Positions 1 through 4,180 of a stretch of DNA of 4,180 nt are shown here, piece by piece (position 1 is the first letter of the stretch; every line of letters begins with the position of its first letter). The stretch is taken from IMG/VR virus record IMGVR_UViG_2737471842_000002, positions 1-4,180 of that record; one strand, written 5' to 3'. The translations under genes and the position numbers were made by a program. The DNA is from a virus. Its lineage: Duplodnaviria > Heunggongvirae > Uroviricota > Caudoviricetes. The notes below the pieces were generated by a model, which did not search any database, had not been told where the DNA came from, and saw nothing but the letters and a program-made list of their open reading frames with translations.

Positions 1-1578
1 ACGGCTAACACATGGAGTGCGCGCCAGACTTTCAACGGCGGGATCACCGGGGCGCTGACAGGGAACGCCGACACCGCGACGAAATTAAAAACAGCCATAA
101 ACATTAATGGCGTCAGGTTCGATGGTTCGGCTGACATTAATATCAATACTCTGGTATCACGCGGTCGAGTAACTGCTCTGGCGTCGAATGCGCAGGGGAC
201 ATCCGGGATTCAGCTGTATGAGGCATACAACAATGGCTACCCTTCCCCCTATGGCAATGTGCTTCACCTTAAAGGTGCCACCGCTGCTGGCGAAGGTGAG
301 TTATTCATTGGCTGGAGTGGCACGAGCGGTGACCATGCGCCCGTACATATCCGTTCGCGGCGGGATACTGATTCTGCCAACTGGTCTGAATGGGCGCAGG
401 TCTATACGTCAAAAGATTCCGTTCCCGGCGTTAATGCCAAAGGGAATCAGGACACCTCTGGTAATGCGGCTACAGCGACCAAATTGCAGACAGCACGTAC
501 TATTAACGGTGTCTCGTTTGATGGTTCTAAAAACATTGAGCTAACAGCGGAAGATTTAAATCTACAGGAATTCATTAATAAAGCAAATAATGCCGTTCAG
601 CGTTCAGGCGATATCTTGTCCGGCGGACTTACTTTTGAAAACGACTCAATCCTTGCCTGGATTCGGAATACTGACTGGGCAAAGATTGGATTTAAAAATG
701 ATGCCGACAGCGATACTGATTCATACATGTGGTTTGAAACAGGCGACAACGGAAATGAATATTTCAAATGGAGAAGCCGCCAGAGCACCACAACAAAAGA
801 CCTGATGAATCTTAAATGGGATGCTTTGTCTGTCCTTGTTAAAGCCCTTTTCAGCAGTGAAGTAAAAATATCGACAGTCAATGCACTGAGGATATTTAAT
901 TCATCTTTTGGTGCTATTTTTCGTCGTTCTGAAGAATGCCTGCATATCATCCCTACACGAGAGAATGAGGGAGAAAATGGTGATATAGGGCCACTACGCC
1001 CCTTTACGCTTAATCTCAGAACTGGTCGGATAAGCATGGGGCATGGTCTGGATGTTACAGGAGATATATTTGCAAACCGTTTTTTAATTAACAGCAGTAC
1101 AGGCATGTGGATTCATATGCGTGACCAGAACGTTATTATGGGACGTAATGCGGTATCCACTGATGGTGCTCAGGCTTTGCTCCGTCAGGACCATGCCGAC
1201 CGCAAATTTATGATTGGCGGTCTGGGAAATAAGCAATTTGGCATCTACATGATTAATAATTCAAGGACAGCCAATGGCACCGATGGTCAGGCGTACATGG
1301 ATAATAACGGGAACTGGCTTTGCGGCTCGCAAGTTATTCCCGGCAACTATGGCAATTTTGATTCCAGATATGTGAAAGATGTTCGACTTGGTTCACAGCA
1401 ATATTATGGAGTGAACAACTGGCAAACATGGAATTTCCAGTGCCCGTCAGGTCATGTATTGTCTGGTATTAATGTTCAGGATACAGGGTCCAACTCTGCC
1501 GATAATATAGCTGGCGTTTATTACAGACCCGTTCAAAAGTATATAAATGGCACCTGGTATAATGTAGCGAGCGTTTAA
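1..1578 (+). CDS. Phage tail fibre protein, C-terminal region (5'-partial; frame open to window start), variant A receptor-binding domain
   Basis: Frame 1 is open from nt 1 with no stop until TAA at 1576-1578; the ORF-track start at 259 is a GTG inside the open frame and not a credible start. Contains two copies of a tail-fibre repeat motif (TATKL.TA..INGV.FDGS..I). First ~188 aa are near-identical to the - strand fibre encoded in the inverted repeat. Followed 1 nt later by a chaperone gene. Gly/Asn/Ser/Thr/Trp-rich distal domain is typical of fibre tips. Confidence 0.8.
   Translation, partial: TANTWSARQTFNGGITGALTGNADTATKLKTAININGVRFDGSADININTLVSRGRVTALASNAQGTSGIQLYEAYNNGYPSPYGNVLHLKGATAAGEGELFIGWSGTSGDHAPVHIRSRRDTDSANWSEWAQVYTSKDSVPGVNAKGNQDTSGNAATATKLQTARTINGVSFDGSKNIELTAEDLNLQEFINKANNAVQRSGDILSGGLTFENDSILAWIRNTDWAKIGFKNDADSDTDSYMWFETGDNGNEYFKWRSRQSTTTKDLMNLKWDALSVLVKALFSSEVKISTVNALRIFNSSFGAIFRRSEECLHIIPTRENEGENGDIGPLRPFTLNLRTGRISMGHGLDVTGDIFANRFLINSSTGMWIHMRDQNVIMGRNAVSTDGAQALLRQDHADRKFMIGGLGNKQFGIYMINNSRTANGTDGQAYMDNNGNWLCGSQVIPGNYGNFDSRYVKDVRLGSQQYYGVNNWQTWNFQCPSGHVLSGINVQDTGSNSADNIAGVYYRPVQKYINGTWYNVASV
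64..144 (+). repeat. Tail-fibre repeat motif, copy 1 (coding-level direct repeat within the fibre)
   Basis: Encodes [27 protein letters not shown], which matches the second copy [27 protein letters not shown] at 463..540. Resembles the phage tail fibre repeat family found in coliphage side tail fibres (recalled, not searched). Confidence 0.6.
463..540 (+). repeat. Tail-fibre repeat motif, copy 2
   Basis: See copy 1; nucleotide similarity between copies is moderate, protein motif is conserved. Confidence 0.6.
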
Positions 1579-1579
1579 T

Positions 1580-2107
1580 ATGATGCACTTAAAGAACATA
1601 AAAGCGGGCAACGCTAAAACACTGGAACAGTATGAGTTAACAAAGAAACACGGAGTTATCTGGCTTTACTCTGAGGACGGAAAAAACTGGTATGAGGAAG
1701 TGAAAAACTTTCAGCCAGACACAATAAAGATTGTTTACGATGCAAATAATATTATTGTCGCCATCACTAAAGATGCCTCCACGCTTAACCCTGAAGGTTT
1801 TAGCGTCGTTGAGATTCCAGATATTACAGCCAACCGCCGCGCTGATGATTCAGGAAAGTGGATGTTTAAGGATGGAGCTGTAGTTAAACGGATTTATACG
1901 GCAGACGAACAGCAACAACAAGCCGAATCACAAAAGGCCGCATTGCTTTCCGAAGCTGAATCAGTCATCCAGCCGCTGGAACGCGCTGTCAGGCTGAATA
2001 TGGCAACAGACGAGGAACGCACACGACTGGAAGCATGGGAACGCTACAGTGTTCTGGTCAGCCGTGTGGATACGGCAAATCCTGAATGGCCACAAAAGCC
2101 TGAATAA
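1580..2107 (+). CDS. Tail fibre assembly protein (Tfa chaperone, Mu U-like), 175 aa
   Basis: ATG at 1580 lies 1 nt after the fibre stop, the coupled arrangement typical of fibre-chaperone pairs. The 175-aa product is a clear paralogue of the - strand 177-aa ORF (shared MMHLKNI..AGN.KT.EQY.LTK...[38 protein letters not shown], terminal ..PE). Size and position match Mu/P1 U proteins as I recall them. Confidence 0.85.
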   Translation: MMHLKNIKAGNAKTLEQYELTKKHGVIWLYSEDGKNWYEEVKNFQPDTIKIVYDANNIIVAITKDASTLNPEGFSVVEIPDITANRRADDSGKWMFKDGAVVKRIYTADEQQQQAESQKAALLSEAESVIQPLERAVRLNMATDEERTRLEAWERYSVLVSRVDTANPEWPQKPE

Positions 2108-2112
2108 AAATT

Positions 2113-2132
2113 AAGGCCCGCTATCGGGCCTT
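2113..2132. terminator. Putative bidirectional intrinsic terminator shared by the convergent chaperone genes
   Basis: AAGGCCCG-ctat-CGGGCCTT forms a perfect 8-bp GC-rich stem with a 4-nt loop in the 28-nt gap between the two stops. Read on the - strand it is followed by AATTTTTAT (good T-tract); on the + strand the downstream tract (GTCTCATT) is weaker. Confidence 0.6.
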
Positions 2133-2135
2133 GTC

Positions 2136-2669
2136 TCATTCAGGTTGTTCGGGAAATGTTACTGGCAGGCTGGAGGTGTCTGTAGATTCGACTTTCTGCG
2201 CATAGAGCATCCACTCGGTTAATTTTTGTTTATTCTCGTCGGAAATGATGCCCAGCCGTAGCTGTGAGTCCCATAGCTGGGTTTTATCCCTGACAAGTTG
2301 CAACAGGCTTTGCTTTTCATTCTCTGCCTGCTGCCTCTGTTCCTCCTCGGTATAAGTTCGCTTTATCACTACGCCATCTTTGAACATCCATTTACCCGAA
2401 ATATCAGCCCGGCGATTTGCTGTAATATCAGGAACCTCAACGACGCTTGCGCCTTCTGGATTAATTGCTGAAACATCCTTTTCAATACAAATAATAACGT
2501 CGTTGTGGTCATAGACCATTTTCAACGTATCAGGCTGAAAGTTCTTTTGTTCCTCATACCAGTTTTTTCCATCCTCTGTATAAAGCCATTTGATGTTAAA
2601 TTGTTTCGTTAGCTGGTATTGCTCTTTTGTTTTAGGGTTGCCAGCTGTAATATTTTTTAAGTGCATCAT
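2136..2669 (-). CDS. Tail fibre assembly protein paralogue (Tfa chaperone, U'-like), 177 aa
   Basis: ATG at 2669 (reverse strand) lies 2 nt after the stop of the - strand fibre ORF. Paralogous to the + strand chaperone, about 60-70% identical over the N-terminal ~115 aa by eye and divergent in the C-terminal third. Converges on the + strand chaperone gene. Confidence 0.85.
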   Translation of the reverse strand: MMHLKNITAGNPKTKEQYQLTKQFNIKWLYTEDGKNWYEEQKNFQPDTLKMVYDHNDVIICIEKDVSAINPEGASVVEVPDITANRRADISGKWMFKDGVVIKRTYTEEEQRQQAENEKQSLLQLVRDKTQLWDSQLRLGIISDENKQKLTEWMLYAQKVESTDTSSLPVTFPEQPE

Positions 2670-2671
2670 AA

Positions 2672-4180
2672 TTAAATACTCCCCGCGTTATACCACGTTC
2701 CATTAATGCAATACTGAATTGGCCTTGCTTGTGTTGTATCAATTAATTCATCACGGTTTCCGTTAACTGAACCCGTAACGACATAACCTGACCTGTCAGA
2801 CCAGCCGGGACCATTCCATGTCTGAACAGATGACAGACCGCCAAGGCGAATACCTGTAATAAACCTTGAGTTACATTCTGCCTGCGTATATGCACCAACA
2901 TCTCCCGCAGAGGGTTTGCGGGTTGTGGTGTAAAACTCTGACCAGTCAGCTTCAAAGCCATAACCATCACGCGCTGAACGATAAAAGATTCCGCCATTTC
3001 TGTAATTCACTCGGAACTGTACAGCAGGGCAGCTCCCCGTATTCATATTGAAGTGGAGGATTAATGTCGATGCGCCACCAATATTTGCGTTATAGACCCC
3101 GCTATTCCAGTTCCAGCCAACAGCTTTATCATTTCCGACAGTGCTTCCTGTTTGCCCTAAAGCAAATGCAGGCTGCTGGTTTTTCGTGTTGTAGTCTCGT
3201 CGCCAGCCAGGAGCATAAGCATCACCATGATTAATATAGGTGAATTGAGCGTTAGTGGTGCCGCCTCCGGTGGAAGTGCTTGGTGTTGTTACACGGATGG
3301 TCATGGCACCTTTATTACCCATAACCTCAATAACGCAACCTGCAAGATGAATAGTTCCACAGCCAGTATCGGTAATAATTTTATTATTGCCGTATGACCA
3401 TGAACATTTGCACATCCAGTATGGGTGATTGAATGCTCCTTGAGAATCCAGCCATTCAATCAATTGTGCCGTCGTCCAGTTTCCTGCACCTGTGCTAATA
3501 GCACCATGAAAAGCGCGACATGCACCAATATTTTTAGTGAAGGTATCTTTTCCTGGAATATCTGCGCCGTTCTGGTTTTTCTGTAATGCTCCTGAGGCTA
3601 ATTCTACGGTTTGCTCAAGATTTAAATCTTCCGCCGTTAACTCAATATTTTTAGAGCCATCAAACGAGACACCGTTAATAGTACATGCTGTCTGCAATTT
3701 GGTCGCTGTAGCCGCATTACCAGAGGTATCCTGATCCCCTTTAGCATTGACGCCGGGAACTGAATCTTTTGACGTATAGACCTGCGCCCATTCTGACCAG
3801 TTGGCAGAATCAGTATCCCGCCGCGAACGGATATGTACGGGCGCATGGGCACCGCTCGTGCCACTCCAGCCAATGAATAACTCACCTTCGCCAGCAGCGG
3901 TGGCACCTTTAAGGTGAAGCACATTGCCATAGGGGGAAGGGTAGCCATTGTTGTATGCCTCATACAGCTGAATCCCGGATGTTCCCTGTGCATTCGCCTC
4001 CAAGGCTGTTACGCGACCGCGCGATACCAGAGTATTGATATTAATGTCACCAGAACCATCGAACCTGACGCCATTAATGTTTCTGGCTGTTTTCAATTTC
4101 GTTGCGGTATCGGCGTTCCCTGTCAGCGCTCCGGTGATCCCGCCGTTGAAAGTCTGGCGTGCACTCCATGTGTTAGCCGT
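2672..4180 (-). CDS. Phage tail fibre protein, C-terminal region (5'-partial; frame open to window end), variant B receptor-binding domain
   Basis: Reverse-strand frame is open from nt 4180 down to the stop at 2674-2672; the ORF-track start at 4096 is a TTG inside the open frame. The region encoded by 3618..4180 is near-identical to the + strand fibre, then diverges completely into a different Gly/Asn/Thr/Trp-rich distal domain. The extreme C-terminus (INGTWYNAGSI) resembles the + strand fibre C-terminus ([11 protein letters not shown]). Confidence 0.8.
   Translation of the reverse strand, partial: TANTWSARQTFNGGITGALTGNADTATKLKTARNINGVRFDGSGDININTLVSRGRVTALEANAQGTSGIQLYEAYNNGYPSPYGNVLHLKGATAAGEGELFIGWSGTSGAHAPVHIRSRRDTDSANWSEWAQVYTSKDSVPGVNAKGDQDTSGNAATATKLQTACTINGVSFDGSKNIELTAEDLNLEQTVELASGALQKNQNGADIPGKDTFTKNIGACRAFHGAISTGAGNWTTAQLIEWLDSQGAFNHPYWMCKCSWSYGNNKIITDTGCGTIHLAGCVIEVMGNKGAMTIRVTTPSTSTGGGTTNAQFTYINHGDAYAPGWRRDYNTKNQQPAFALGQTGSTVGNDKAVGWNWNSGVYNANIGGASTLILHFNMNTGSCPAVQFRVNYRNGGIFYRSARDGYGFEADWSEFYTTTRKPSAGDVGAYTQAECNSRFITGIRLGGLSSVQTWNGPGWSDRSGYVVTGSVNGNRDELIDTTQARPIQYCINGTWYNAGSI
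2679..2684 (-). promoter_or_regulatory. Possible Shine-Dalgarno for the - strand chaperone gene
   Basis: Reverse-strand GGGGAG lies 9 nt upstream of the ATG at 2669, inside the last codons of the fibre gene. The + strand chaperone has no comparably clear SD (only GAGCG), consistent with translational coupling. Confidence 0.4.
3641..3718 (-). repeat. Tail-fibre repeat motif, copy 2 mirror in the right inverted-repeat arm
   Basis: Mirror of 463..540; the - strand encodes [27 protein letters not shown]. Confidence 0.6.
4037..4117 (-). repeat. Tail-fibre repeat motif, copy 1 mirror in the right inverted-repeat arm
   Basis: Mirror of 64..144; the - strand encodes [27 protein letters not shown]. 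Confidence 0.6.

Larger units (their letters stand above)
1..563. repeat. Left arm of long inverted repeat (partner 3618..4180); may extend beyond the window
   Basis: Reverse complement of 3618..4180 aligns base-for-base with 1..563 with scattered substitutions (about 5% by eye) and no indels noticed. Identity ends abruptly after AGATTTAAATCT (552..563). Confidence 0.85.
1..4180. other. Candidate invertible tail-fibre host-range switch segment (G/C-segment-like cassette); crossover sites and recombinase not visible in the window
   Basis: Architecture: IR - fibre variant A - chaperone > hairpin < chaperone' - fibre variant B - IR, with both fibre frames open at the window edges. About 0.56-kb repeats and ~3.05 kb unique core match the known layout of the P1 C segment (recalled, not searched). 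Confidence 0.6.
3618..4180. repeat. Right arm of long inverted repeat (partner 1..563); may extend beyond the window
   Basis: Mirror of 1..563 (position p pairs with 4181-p). Encodes the same ~188 aa of fibre on the opposite strand, with about 7 amino-acid differences. Confidence 0.85.

Noticed and set aside
259-261. GTG (259) and TTG (4096) proposed by the ORF track as fibre start codons
   Set aside because: Both frames remain open to the window edges, the upstream residues carry a recognisable fibre repeat motif, and neither has a convincing Shine-Dalgarno; the genes are 5'-truncated by the window and do not start here.
188-544. 118-aa + strand ORF and its mirror 118-aa - strand ORF (3637..3993)
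   Set aside because: Both lie in an alternative frame entirely inside the fibre coding region of the inverted repeat. They are mirror images only because the DNA is an inverted repeat, and their Arg/Pro/Leu-rich composition is typical of out-of-frame translation of GC-rich coding DNA.
561-570. Reverse-complement TTCCTGTAGA, an 8-nt match to one half-site of the Mu gix crossover site as I recall it (TTCCTGTAAACC...)
   Set aside because: There is no dyad-symmetric partner half-site and no match at the equivalent position of the other arm beyond the palindrome; too short to be meaningful, and my recollection of the consensus is unverified.
590-805. Small overlapping ORFs (590..805 +, 2743..2997 -, 2866..3051 +, 3537..3734 +)
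   Set aside because: All are short, overlap the long fibre ORFs in other frames or antisense, and have no supporting start context; treated as noise.
597-1106. 169-aa antisense ORF inside the + strand fibre gene
   Set aside because: It is fully embedded antisense in a well-supported long ORF, has no recognisable motifs, and has low-complexity basic composition; most likely a chance open frame.
1-4180. Other system types (CRISPR array, diversity-generating retroelement, toxin-antitoxin pair, tRNA or other RNA genes)
   Set aside because: No short direct repeat-spacer periodicity, no reverse-transcriptase-like ORF or template/variable repeat pair with adenine-specific differences, no small paired ORFs outside the fibre/chaperone genes, and no tRNA-like structure noticed. 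Coding density by the four main ORFs is essentially 100%.

Overview
The window looks like a phage tail-fibre host-range switch cassette of the Mu G-segment / P1 C-segment type. Two alternative tail-fibre C-terminal regions lie on opposite strands (+ 1..1578, - 2672..4180), each followed 1-2 nt later by its own tail-fibre assembly chaperone gene (+ 1580..2107, - 2136..2669). The two chaperone genes converge on a shared 20-bp hairpin (2113..2132). The window is bounded by a ~563-bp inverted repeat (1..563 and 3618..4180), roughly 95% identical by eye, which encodes the shared part of both fibres. Both fibre reading frames stay open to the window edges, so the constant 5' part of the fibre gene, the crossover sites and any invertase gene are presumably outside the window. 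The overall size (~4.2 kb, ~0.6-kb inverted repeats, ~3 kb unique core, 175/177-aa chaperones) matches what I recall of the P1 C segment, but I cannot confirm identity without a database search. This is a known class of system, not a new one. The points worth a second look are the imperfect inverted repeat, a 12-bp palindrome at the inner repeat junction, a cysteine cluster in one receptor-binding domain, and signs of modular mosaicism.
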